Positions 29,352 to 39,034 of a DNA stretch of 64,000 bases are shown here, piece after piece. The DNA comes from Bacteroidales bacterium (GTDB taxonomy: Bacteria > Bacteroidota > Bacteroidia > Bacteroidales > M50B96), in NCBI GenBank assembly GCA_021740905.1, contig JAIOYV010000008.1, positions 9,543-73,542 of the forward strand. Direction: 5' to 3'. The first letter of the stretch is position 1. Each line of letters starts with the position of its first letter. The position numbers and the translations under genes were made by a program. The notes under the pieces were generated by a model. That model searched no databases and had not been told where the DNA came from. It saw nothing but the letters and a program-made list of their open reading frames with translations.

Positions 29352-30521
29352 CTATCCTTTTACAACAGCCAACGGGCTTAACTCCACCACAATATCCACC
29401 AAGTCACTCTGATTTTCCATTACCACATCGATGTTTTTGTAGGCCGAGGGTGCTTCGTCAAGGTCGCTTTTATGACGGATTGAATGGATGATCCCCTGTT
29501 TGTCGAGACGGGCTATTTCGGCTTCGAGATTGAGTTCGCGCTGGGCTTGCTTGCGGCCCATCAGGCGGCCTGCGCCGTGCGAGCATGAGGTAAAACTTTC
29601 GGGGTTTCCCTTCCCCCGGACAATGTAGCTTTTGGTGCCCTGCGATCCGGGGATGATTCCGATTTCACCCTCACGGGCGCTGGTTGCCCCTTTTCGGTGG
29701 ACAATCACATTCGATCCAAAATGATTTTCCCAGGCGGCATAATTGTGGGCAATGTTCACAAAATCAAATTCCTCAAATCTTTTTCCCACAAAATCCAGAA
29801 AGATACCTTTTATCGTGTCCATCATCAATTTCCGGTTGGCAAAGGCAAAGTCGACACAGTATTGCATTTCGTTGAAATAGTCCTTCGCCTCCTGTGTTTC
29901 TATGGGCAGGAAAGCCAAATCCATTTTCTTGTCCACCTCACTATGCCATTGTTCGTTCAGCTTTTTGGCCAGGCGGTTGTAATGCTCGGCTACTTTCAAA
30001 CCAATGTTCCGGCTTCCCGAGTGGATCATAATCCAGATATGTCCATCGTTACCTTTCTGGATTTCGATAAAATGATTGCCTCCTCCCAACGTACCGATTT
30101 GACCACGGGCTGCATCGAATTGCCTTTGAACAATGCCATACTGAGGCACTTTTTCCATCGAGGGCATCAGCATAACATCCTTTTTTTCTGGGTGATGCTT
30201 AAAGCCTAATGGGATGGAGTTGCGGATGGCTCCCATTATTTTTTTCAGTTCTTTTTCTTGTATCGAATGAAGGTTGGTTTTTACGGCACACATGCCACAG
30301 CCAATGTCTACCCCAACCGCATTGGGCACAATTACTCCTTTGGTTGCCAACACCCCGCCAATGGGCATTCCGTAGCCTTCGTGACTGTCGGGCATAATGG
30401 CCACATGCCTGAAGGCAAAGGGCAGGTTGGCGATGTTTTTGGCTTGTTTCAAAGCACCCTCTTCAATGTTGTTAAGCCAAAGTTTGATGGGGATATTTTC
30501 TGTTGAAATTACTTGTTGCAT
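29352..30521 (-). CDS. rtcB: RNA-splicing ligase RtcB
   Basis: RtcB motifs PDSHEGYG, GCGMC and NHAGR-like, length 389 aa. Confidence 0.85.
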   Translation of the reverse strand: MQQVISTENIPIKLWLNNIEEGALKQAKNIANLPFAFRHVAIMPDSHEGYGMPIGGVLATKGVIVPNAVGVDIGCGMCAVKTNLHSIQEKELKKIMGAIRNSIPLGFKHHPEKKDVMLMPSMEKVPQYGIVQRQFDAARGQIGTLGGGNHFIEIQKGNDGHIWIMIHSGSRNIGLKVAEHYNRLAKKLNEQWHSEVDKKMDLAFLPIETQEAKDYFNEMQYCVDFAFANRKLMMDTIKGIFLDFVGKRFEEFDFVNIAHNYAAWENHFGSNVIVHRKGATSAREGEIGIIPGSQGTKSYIVRGKGNPESFTSCSHGAGRLMGRKQAQRELNLEAEIARLDKQGIIHSIRHKSDLDEAPSAYKNIDVVMENQSDLVDIVVELSPLAVVKG

Positions 30522-30561
30522 TTTATTAAAATATTCAGATTATCAATTGAAAAAATATTAT

Positions 30562-31236
30562 CTAAGGAATTTTGAATTGTTTTTTCTGAATTAATACTCT
30601 TCTCTTGTCAATCACATTGTCAAATCTAAAAATGTCTAAACTCCAGTTAAGTAATTCTTTATCCAACCAATCTATACCTTCAATAATTTCTCTTTTATAG
30701 TTCGTTAGGGCTGAAATACTCCAAGTGATTGATTCGTGATGAAATATCCGGTTTCTCAATTTTCTTACTCCGTTGAATTTAGAACTCATTGTCTTTCTTT
30801 GTCTAATTTGTTTTGGGCAATTGGGAAAAGCAAGACGCAAATTTTTCCATAAGCTCATTTCAAATTTTGAATCAAGCAAAGAGGTCCAAAATCCAAAGGA
30901 TAATTCTGAAATTACTTTACCGGGAGTAATTGTTTTCTTTTCACGTAATATATTAGCTCTGGCTTCTGATACACGGTCTATTTGAAAACGCGAAACAATT
31001 TTTATAAAATCAGAATTTTCAAACCAATTTTCATCATTGAATCTGCGTTTAAGCTGATGATCAAAGTTATTCCTTAGACCAACTTCCAAAAATGAAAGCA
31101 TAGGATAAAATGACTCCGCTATCTCAATATTTGCTTTGTAATGAGCAATTGCACTTTCGAAACTTCCAGAGTGATAAATCATATAAGGTTTTAGCCGTTC
31201 AGTTGAAATTATTTTTTCTATTGTATTCTTGTCCAT
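30562..31236 (-). CDS. Abi-like protein (AbiD/AbiF, Abi_2 family), putative abortive-infection protein
   Basis: C-terminal LRNRIFHHESI matches the Abi_2 RNxxAHH signature. AT-rich. Start taken at the internal MDKNTIEK. Confidence 0.5.
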   Translation of the reverse strand: MDKNTIEKIISTERLKPYMIYHSGSFESAIAHYKANIEIAESFYPMLSFLEVGLRNNFDHQLKRRFNDENWFENSDFIKIVSRFQIDRVSEARANILREKKTITPGKVISELSFGFWTSLLDSKFEMSLWKNLRLAFPNCPKQIRQRKTMSSKFNGVRKLRNRIFHHESITWSISALTNYKREIIEGIDWLDKELLNWSLDIFRFDNVIDKRRVLIQKKQFKIP

Positions 31237-31404
31237 TTTTATTATCTTTGCAGTGCAGTCCCGGTAATTCCTCTCCCAGTTTTTATGCTGGTGATGAAGC
31301 CGGGTTTTTTCTTTTCTTTTCTCAGCTTTCAAAGGTAACATTCATTTTCTAAAATTAACAAGTTGGTATAGCCTGTGATAATGGGATATTGAAATGACAT
31401 TGAC

Positions 31405-31436
31405 CAATTAAAAATTGCCCCGAAAACCTTTCGGCT
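31405..31436 (-). terminator. putative terminator of SPFH gene
   Basis: 12-bp imperfect hairpin gccccgaaaacc-tttc-ggcttccggggc. Confidence 0.35.
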
Positions 31437-31450
31437 TCCGGGGCAAAACA

Positions 31451-32554
31451 TCACTTAACGGGAGAAAAGATGTCTCTTAGCTGATCGACCACCAGTGCAC
31501 CATTCGACAGCGTGATGCTGTTGATTTTTTCGGCGATCTTTTCAACATATTCCATTTCTTTCAATTTGAACAACATGCTGTTGTCTTCCATCAGTTTGGC
31601 AGTATTCAACAGGCTTCTTGTAGAGGCTGTCTCTTCCCTTCGGGTGATCGTATTGGCTTGTGCCCTTTTTTCGGCTACCAAAACCTGGTTCATTATTTCC
31701 CTCACCTCGCCAGGCAAGATTACATCCCGGATTCCACCGTTCAGGATTTCAACGCCCAACTCGCTGGCTTTGTCTTTCAACACATTCAGGATGTATGGGG
31801 CAACCTGCTCTTTGTTTTCCAATAATTCGTCGAGGTTGCGTGTACCCACATATTCCCTCAAAGCCAACTGAATCAACACATACAGTTGCCTGTCAAAATC
31901 TTTGTTTTCGACCAAAGCCCTTGTTACATCAGTAACTTTGTACTGGGCAAAGAAATTCACCCTCAGGGCAGCTTTATCTTTTGTAAGTATTTCCTGACCC
32001 GAAATTTCCATTTGCAACTGCCTCATATCAGCTTTTTTCAAAGCCAGGGCTGTTGGATTTTTCCAGTAGAAATAGATGCCAGGGGCTACTTCTTTTTCGA
32101 ACCTGCCATCTTTAAACAACAGGCCTTTTTCGTAGTCTTCCACAACATAAACCCGGATGTAAGGCAAAAGCTGAGGTTTTTGCAACAGACTCCTGTCTAT
32201 GCTTTTGTCTATTTCGATCTCATTCAAATCTACTTTGCTGAAACTGTATTCGGTAACCCCTTTCCAGAAAGCATATCGACCGGCTGTTAAGACATTTTTA
32301 AAAATGCCATTTTCGTATTGCACAACAATCTCGTTGTCTTTTACTTCAACCATTGTCAGCATTTCTTCCAATTGCTCATCCCTCAAAAGGATATTCAAGT
32401 CGATGGTTGGATAAAATGGCTTAACCATGTTGTATAAAATTGCTGTTGTGCCAGACGCCAACCAGTAGCGACCCTCGGTAAGCACCTTTGTGTAGTTTCC
32501 GTTTTTGAAAACCAGGGCTACAAAGCCTGTGTTTATTCGTACTCTTTTCATCAT
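31451..32554 (-). CDS. SPFH/band-7 (slipin-like) domain protein
   Basis: C-terminal band-7 core with coiled coil (EVREIMNQVLVAEKRAQANTI...). Confidence 0.65.
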   Translation of the reverse strand: MMKRVRINTGFVALVFKNGNYTKVLTEGRYWLASGTTAILYNMVKPFYPTIDLNILLRDEQLEEMLTMVEVKDNEIVVQYENGIFKNVLTAGRYAFWKGVTEYSFSKVDLNEIEIDKSIDRSLLQKPQLLPYIRVYVVEDYEKGLLFKDGRFEKEVAPGIYFYWKNPTALALKKADMRQLQMEISGQEILTKDKAALRVNFFAQYKVTDVTRALVENKDFDRQLYVLIQLALREYVGTRNLDELLENKEQVAPYILNVLKDKASELGVEILNGGIRDVILPGEVREIMNQVLVAEKRAQANTITRREETASTRSLLNTAKLMEDNSMLFKLKEMEYVEKIAEKINSITLSNGALVVDQLRDIFSPVK

Positions 32555-33040
32555 TTTAATTTTTTAACTAGCTAATAGAAAATGCCAATAACTGCGTTAC
32601 GCTCAACTTGCAAGTCAGTCACTTACAAAAGTAAGCTCCTGACCTGCAAGCTTCGCAAGCCTTATTCTTGACATTTTCAATTAGCTACATTGTTTGTTTT
32701 CATTTTCTTTTTGAAACTTGAAGAAGGCATATAAAGCAATCCATTGCGAAATGGCGGAAGGCTGATTAAGCAACTACTTGCCAGTCTCATTTCGTCGAAA
32801 ACCGATAAGCCGAAAAGGGTCGCTCCCTTTGGTAAAATCAATTTCTTCAAAAGATCAACAGGAAAATAGTTGCGGTATCCTCATTCTTTCAAAGCTACTT
32901 CACAACTGTTCCTTTACCCGAAAGCAAGGAACCAGACTGCTTTATTGCTTTCAACTTTTGGCAACCATTTTTAGAAGTGGTTTACTTCTCTGAAGATGGA
33001 GTGACAATCCATTGCATTCAACCGCTCTGCCATCCCGGAA

Positions 33041-33131
33041 ACCGGGAGTGGGATTCGAACCCACGATCTCTGTTTGATGTTCTACCAACTGAACTATCCC
33101 AAAACTAATGGGAGAGGGAATCGAACCCTCG
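33041..33131 (-). pseudogene. two tandem tRNA-like remnants (T-arm plus acceptor 3' halves, one with intact D-arm)
   Basis: GTGGGTTCGAATCCCAC and GAGGGTTCGATTCCCTC T-arms lie 67 bp apart. There is no complementary 5' acceptor and the anticodon region is too short, so neither folds into a canonical tRNA. Confidence 0.3.
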
Positions 33132-33455
33132 CGCTTCAAGGTGGAGGAAACAGTTTTTAAACCGGGCAGCATATCATACCTAATATAAGCACGACACTAC
33201 AAAGCTATACAGAAACTTACGTCAGGTCCCGGAGAATCAACTTTTCCACAGCTTCCCTTTTTACAGGAAGATTTTTTGTGCTGAAAGCACAGTATTTTCA
33301 AAGAACTAATTTGTTAAAACAAGACATTATTATTTCAACTACGCAAAAAGATTGCGCATTATCAATTTTCAGGAAATACATTTTTTATTCGAATTCCGAA
33401 AAAAAGAGGAGAAGAAGTTTGAACCTTGCCGGCAATAATTGTTCAAACTTCAGGA

Positions 33456-33953
33456 TCAAAACATAAGAGTCCAGCGCTTTTGACGGCAACGTTTAATGTT
33501 GTCTTTTATCATCATTAATTCGCGTTCGTCGAAACACCATTTAATGGCCAGCTTATATTGCTCAACAGCTTTTCTAAAATGGCCAACCACTTCGTTCATG
33601 CGCCCAAACTCGTTGAAGATAAATGACTTCTTTACACCTCCAACTTTCAGGGCTTGCTTCAATAAGGCACCCAATTCGTCGAAACGTTGCGTCTCGAATA
33701 AAATGTGCGACATGTGCAAATAAGCCGGGCTGTACGAAGGCGAATATTTCAAGGCCATCGCGATATGTTTTTCGGCTTTTACCATATCATCGAGGTGAAC
33801 TAAATACAGCCATCCCATGTGATTATGCGCTTTTCCGTATTGAGGCTCAATGGTAAGTGCATCCTCTAAAAAGCGCATGCCTTCCATATACTCATTTTGC
33901 TCGAAAGCCCTTTCGGCATCTAAGATGTACTGTTGTAAAACCATTGTTTCCAT
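33456..33953 (-). CDS. TPR repeat protein
   Basis: TPR-like helices. Start set at METMVLQQY to avoid overlap with tRNA-Glu. Confidence 0.5.
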   Translation of the reverse strand: METMVLQQYILDAERAFEQNEYMEGMRFLEDALTIEPQYGKAHNHMGWLYLVHLDDMVKAEKHIAMALKYSPSYSPAYLHMSHILFETQRFDELGALLKQALKVGGVKKSFIFNEFGRMNEVVGHFRKAVEQYKLAIKWCFDERELMMIKDNIKRCRQKRWTLMF

Positions 33954-33998
33954 GATATTTAATTTATTCTTATTTATATTCCTGTTCCGGGAACTTTG

Positions 33999-34071
33999 TA
34001 TCGGGCAGGGGATTCGAACCCCTTTTTCTACCGTGAAAGGGTAGTGTCCTGGCCGATTAGACGAGCCCGAC
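33999..34071 (-). tRNA. tRNA-Glu (anticodon UUC)
   Basis: Hand fold gives acceptor GTCGGGC/GCCCGAT, D-arm GTCT..GGAC, anticodon stem CTACC/GGTAG with loop CTTTCAC, and T-arm AGGGG-TTCGAAT-CCCCT. Confidence 0.8.
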
Positions 34072-34387
34072 ATTTTTTACCACAAACAAAAAGCCCGGGT
34101 GAGTGGCCCGGGCTTTTTGTAGAAATTTCTTGTTCAGTTTTATCTCTTCATTTTACTCCCGGATATACCTATCCTTATCTCATAAGCTCCTTGGCCTACA
34201 AATAGTGAGTCGATATGTAAATTCGGGTTTTTCATCTTTATTGTTTTTTACCGCCGCAAATGTAGTATCATTTTTTAATAATCAAAATAAAAATGTGAAT
34301 TATTTTAATTTTATTTTAATAACTACGCAATCTATTTGCGTATTAATTGAAATGAATCTATTTTTGCCTACATAATAAAATGAAATT

Positions 34388-35392
34388 ATGCCGGTAAACA
34401 AGAACGCACTGATCCGCTATAAAACAATTGACAACTGCCTGAGAAACACAACACATAGGTGGACCCTCGAAGATTTGATAGAAGCCTGTTCGGATGCACT
34501 TTACGAATACGAAGGAATTAAAAAACGGGTGAGCAAGCGGACTATCCAGGCCGACATCCAGACTATGCGTGGCGATAAACTCGGTTACAATGCACCCATC
34601 CGGGTTGAAGACAAAAAATATTATTCCTATACCGACCCCGGTTATAGCATTAGCAATACAGCGATTAGTGCGAATGAAATATCAAAAATGAGCGAGGCAA
34701 TCGAGCTTTTAAAGCATTTTACCGGATTCTCATATTTTAGCGACTTAACAGGACTGGTACAAAAACTGGAAGATAAAATCCATTCTGAAAAAAATAAAAG
34801 CTACCAGGTGATCGATATCGAAAAGAATGATGATTTGAAAGGCATTCAGTTTATTAATCCCATTTATAAAGCTATCATAAATAAGGTAGTGCTCGATATT
34901 TGGTACCAGTCGTTTAAAGCCCGGCGACCCGGAAAAATGGTTTTCTATCCTATTTTATTAAAAGAATACCGCAACAGGTGGTATGTAGTCGGGAAGAAAA
35001 AGGATGCTACAAACCTGATTACCTTAGCCCTCGACCGGATTGTTGAAATTGATGCACAACCCGACGAAGAATTTAACCTGAAAGAAGTAGTTGATGCTGC
35101 AACGTATTACAAGGATGTGATTGGTGTTACCGTAAATAGTGGCAAGGCAGTTAATGTGCACCTTTGGATCGATGCAGAAAATGCCCCTTATGTGTTGACC
35201 AAACCACTGCACCACTCACAGCAAATTATAAGGGAAACCAACGAGGGAACCGAAATAGTAATAAAAGTAATCCCCAACTTTGAATTGGAACGTGAAATAC
35301 TTGGGTTTGGCGAAAACATGAAAGTGCTTGCCCCCCAGACTTTACAAGCCCGGATTGCAAAGCGCTTGCAACAGGCTTCGCTGCAATATTAA
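34388..35392 (+). CDS. WYL domain-containing transcriptional regulator
   Basis: N-terminal HTH (SKRTIQADIQTM) and a WYL domain core (NRWYVVG...LALDRIVEI). Confidence 0.7.
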   Translation: MPVNKNALIRYKTIDNCLRNTTHRWTLEDLIEACSDALYEYEGIKKRVSKRTIQADIQTMRGDKLGYNAPIRVEDKKYYSYTDPGYSISNTAISANEISKMSEAIELLKHFTGFSYFSDLTGLVQKLEDKIHSEKNKSYQVIDIEKNDDLKGIQFINPIYKAIINKVVLDIWYQSFKARRPGKMVFYPILLKEYRNRWYVVGKKKDATNLITLALDRIVEIDAQPDEEFNLKEVVDAATYYKDVIGVTVNSGKAVNVHLWIDAENAPYVLTKPLHHSQQIIRETNEGTEIVIKVIPNFELEREILGFGENMKVLAPQTLQARIAKRLQQASLQY

Positions 35393-35418
35393 CCAGCGTG
35401 AGGAATCAGCTTTTCTAT

Positions 35419-37023
35419 TTAATTGCTTCTCTTGATGATCCTTTGACAAGAATCCTTTCCGTCCATCATTATCCTTATGAGATACAAACCATCGGGTTGG
35501 CTTTGTAAATCTACCCGGTCATGAATCCCGGAAGGTAATGACACTATTTTTTGGCCTACCAGATTATATACTGAAACACTGAAAAGTGCGATGTTGCTTA
35601 CGTCTGTAAATTGAATTTGAAAGATTCCAGTTGATGGGTTTGGATACAAATTGAAGTGGGACGCATTATCAACTTCCTTATAAACATCTCCAACAAATCC
35701 CACACACCCATTGTAATTCTGTATCGGTAAATCAATTATCTGAAAAGATTGGATTCTGATTTCAAAATAGTTTGATTGAATTACAGCCATATTCGATAAA
35801 TCAATTTCTATTGTGTCGAAAGGAATGGGGTAAGGAGTTGGGCCCCAATAGTCACAATCTCCAGAAACACCTAATGAATCAGTGTTAATTATGCCAAATT
35901 GAGGATTTAATAAGTCCTTCGATCCTTGTACAGGACCCGATCCAAAAACCAAAAATTCTTCATTCGAAAGATTATCGCAATCGAAAACTGCATCAAAAAA
36001 ATAGTAATGCCCCAATAAGCTATCTGAATTATTATCAAACCAATAGATGCCTCCAGGGCTTACCATAATCAACTCGCCGTTATTTCTTTTTTTCAGGCGT
36101 AGAGGGTAATTTGATAAACCCCAATAATAATTATTAGGTTGCCAACCAATAACTTGTGAGATATTTCCAGATAAATCCAAAGAGATTAATGACAAACTGT
36201 TGTTTGGGGCTTCCGTCTTAGCATAAATAGTAAATCCAGTATCGCTTGCAATAACATCATCGGCAACCGAATAATAACCATCTGAAACATTTTGACCCTT
36301 AAACCAATCAGTTGTTCCATCTGAATTTAATTTTGTTATATATTGTCTTGTTGAATTAGATCCTTGTGGTTTGTATGTGCTACCAACGGCTACAAAACCT
36401 GAGTCATTTGTTTCCGTGATAGATCTAGGTTCGGTTCGATGACTAATTACAGAATCCCTTTTGCACCAAATTGGGTTTCCGAGCGAATCTAATTTGGCAT
36501 AAGCACTATTTGTATATCCATAATAATAGGGTGGATAACACGAATATCCCGCAAGGATAAATCCTTTATCGTATGTTTGTTGGATATGATTAACAGATTC
36601 ATAGCCTCCTAAATCAATTTCGCTCGACCAGACTTTGTCCCCATCATCCGAGATTTTCAGGCAGAAAAAATTATCTTTTAATACAGAATCATTGTGCAGG
36701 TTGCCCGCCAAAACAAAGCACGAATCGTAAGTGCTGATAATGCTGGAAAATCCCCCTTGCTGATCGATTATCCTGGACCAGACCATATTGCCCAAGGAGT
36801 CTATTTTGCAGTAAAATGGCCTAGTGCTATAATTGGTATTATAAACAAATGTATATCCACCAATAATATATCCACCCCCGAAGGATTTCTCCATTGAATT
36901 AGCAACAAGCGCAGTGTCATCAAGATAATAGGTCCTCGGGAAGTAGGACTGTGCCGAAGAATTAATTGCAAAAGTAAAAACCAGTAGGGTAATTACATAC
37001 AAGCTCATGTGTTTTGTTTTCAT
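35419..37023 (-). CDS. T9SS type A sorting domain-containing protein (beta-propeller-like N-terminus)
   Basis: C-terminal Por-secretion-tail motif (LYPNPSTGIFQIQF...GLYLIRI) with a signal peptide. Confidence 0.75.
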   Translation of the reverse strand: MKTKHMSLYVITLLVFTFAINSSAQSYFPRTYYLDDTALVANSMEKSFGGGYIIGGYTFVYNTNYSTRPFYCKIDSLGNMVWSRIIDQQGGFSSIISTYDSCFVLAGNLHNDSVLKDNFFCLKISDDGDKVWSSEIDLGGYESVNHIQQTYDKGFILAGYSCYPPYYYGYTNSAYAKLDSLGNPIWCKRDSVISHRTEPRSITETNDSGFVAVGSTYKPQGSNSTRQYITKLNSDGTTDWFKGQNVSDGYYSVADDVIASDTGFTIYAKTEAPNNSLSLISLDLSGNISQVIGWQPNNYYWGLSNYPLRLKKRNNGELIMVSPGGIYWFDNNSDSLLGHYYFFDAVFDCDNLSNEEFLVFGSGPVQGSKDLLNPQFGIINTDSLGVSGDCDYWGPTPYPIPFDTIEIDLSNMAVIQSNYFEIRIQSFQIIDLPIQNYNGCVGFVGDVYKEVDNASHFNLYPNPSTGIFQIQFTDVSNIALFSVSVYNLVGQKIVSLPSGIHDRVDLQSQPDGLYLIRIMMDGKDSCQRIIKRSN

Positions 37024-37349
37024 AGTCAGATCGGATTAGGTTATCATTTTAAATCGAATTATGCCATTGTAATTGAAATTCTGAAACTGAATGGAACTTT
37101 GGCTAAATTACAATAAAATCAGATTGGTAGATGATACAAAATGATCAGTCCTTTAAATTAACAACTTTTTATTTTTTGGAGGACAGTCGGAAAAACTTCC
37201 ACATATTTTCCGCTTGATCCGATCAAAACTTTGATGGAGGGAATTCGTTTGGCGTAAAAACAAATAGGGCTTTTGTCGCGGTGAAATAATACACACCAAA
37301 ACAAAAGCCCTACAAGTTAAAAGATCTAATCTGTTATTTTAATCAACCA

Positions 37350-37739
37350 TTAATCTGGTTGGCTGAGCAATTCTTCGTAAGTTCCTACATCGAGCAATCC
37401 GTCGAGGTCGCCATCTGCATTGGTCATTTCGATTTTGATCATCCAGCCACCGCCATAAGGATCGCCATTTACGAGGTCGGGGCTGTTTTGCAATTCTTCG
37501 TTTACTTCGCGAATGCCACCCGAAACAGGCATAAACATATCGCTCACGGTTTTTACTGCCTCGATAGTGCCAAATACTTCGCCTTGTTGAAGCACTTCGT
37601 CAATCGTTTCAATTTCAATAAAAACGATATCGCCAAGTTGTTGCTGGGCATAGTCGGTAATCCCCACAGTGGCAATGTTCCCATCCACACGTACCCATTC
37701 GTGATCGCGTGTATACTTTAAATCTGCTGGTAAATTCAT
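37350..37739 (-). CDS. gcvH: glycine cleavage system protein H
   Basis: Lipoyl-lysine motif EAVKTVSD, 129 aa. Confidence 0.9.
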   Translation of the reverse strand: MNLPADLKYTRDHEWVRVDGNIATVGITDYAQQQLGDIVFIEIETIDEVLQQGEVFGTIEAVKTVSDMFMPVSGGIREVNEELQNSPDLVNGDPYGGGWMIKIEMTNADGDLDGLLDVGTYEELLSQPD

Positions 37740-37885
37740 AATTTATTAGTTTGAGTATTCTATAAAACAATCCGTAAAAAACTGTAAGGCAAAAGTATAA
37801 AATAATCTTGTCGAAAACCGTTTATCAAGCTTTTTAAATATATGTTTTGCAATAGGTTTTAACCTATAACGAATTATTCAATTCC

Positions 37886-38935
37886 TTACTTTTTCTTGCG
37901 ATGGATCACAATAATTCGTTGGCTGATGAGATCGTTTAGTGTCACATTTGGATAATTTGTCTGGACCATATCCAGGATTCGTTTATCAACCATTCTTAGG
38001 TATTGTTCTTTTGGGTAGGTTATCATCGAAAGCAACTCTAAGCCCGACTCCTCAGAATATTTCACCATATCGCTTTGTGTCATTCTATTGATTCCATTCA
38101 AATAAAAGGCCATGGCATGGCTAGCCCATTGAGGCTGAATCTCTTCATTAAAACGTTTGAAGTCGTTGTGATTCAATAAAACATGGCCCCATGGAAAATC
38201 AATTGTACAGGCACTGTGCCCACCAATAATAGAGAAGAATGGATTGTAGTCGTGAACCGAAATTCCGCCTGGTTTTAGCAGGGCATTTATACTTTTTAAT
38301 GCGGCCAATGGATCGTGTAAATGTTCTAGCACGTCCCAGCTACAAACTACGTCGAAGCTTTCCTTCGGAAGAGTTGAATTGCAAATATCGTCATCGGCAA
38401 ACGACACCTTCGATGAATTTTTAAAACACTTTCCAACCAAATCCCTCAAGTCTTTCAGATTCTGATTTACTTCCTCCAGTTCTTTTGTTTCAAGCTCCCG
38501 GTCGTCTTTTGCTTTTAGCTTATAGCCCGAAAATTCGGTGCCTACTACTTCTTTGGCCCCTTGTTCTGCAAACGAAAAAGTGCTTCCCCCGGCATGGCAT
38601 CCAACCTCCAATATGCTGCATTGCGAAATATCGGGTTTATAGATATTGATAATGGGTAATATCCTTTCGGTGGCAATTCTTCCATCTCTGGCTATTTGCT
38701 CTATTTTGCCCGGACTGGTATCCAAAGTTTTGCCGTCGGTACTAAAAATATTTTGCCATCCGGGTTTGAATTTAGACCTTAAGCCATTGTATAATTTATG
38801 TTCATTTCCTTTTTCATCAGTAAATACTCCTTTTACAGGAAATTGGGATAAGTCGATGGGTTGCTCAAACATATTTTGCAACAACTTGTTCCTTTTGGCC
38901 TTATCAATAAAATACTTGATTATTTTTTGTTTCAT
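37886..38935 (-). CDS. class I SAM-dependent methyltransferase
   Basis: Motif I ILEVGCHAGG and the post-motif VVCSWDVLEHLHDP. Confidence 0.7.
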   Translation of the reverse strand: MKQKIIKYFIDKAKRNKLLQNMFEQPIDLSQFPVKGVFTDEKGNEHKLYNGLRSKFKPGWQNIFSTDGKTLDTSPGKIEQIARDGRIATERILPIINIYKPDISQCSILEVGCHAGGSTFSFAEQGAKEVVGTEFSGYKLKAKDDRELETKELEEVNQNLKDLRDLVGKCFKNSSKVSFADDDICNSTLPKESFDVVCSWDVLEHLHDPLAALKSINALLKPGGISVHDYNPFFSIIGGHSACTIDFPWGHVLLNHNDFKRFNEEIQPQWASHAMAFYLNGINRMTQSDMVKYSEESGLELLSMITYPKEQYLRMVDKRILDMVQTNYPNVTLNDLISQRIIVIHRKKK

Positions 38936-39034
38936 CCTCGTTTATTTATTTACGCATACAAAGGAAATAGATTTTTGATATACCTCAAAACAAATAAGGC
39001 TGTACCAATGAAATATCAACGCATCTCAATTGAC

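Noticed and set aside
32951-33172. 73-aa minus-strand ORF
   Set aside because: It is a translation of tRNA-like T-arm sequence (GSNPTPG, equivalent to GGTTCGAATCC), a classic spurious ORF over tRNA-derived DNA.
33996-34205. 69-aa plus-strand ORF
   Set aside because: It overlaps the intact tRNA-Glu gene on the other strand.
37740-37885. Glycine riboswitch upstream of gcvH
   Set aside because: The leader lacks the conserved GGAGAG...ACCGAAGGGGCAA blocks. Only AT-rich promoter-like sequence is present.
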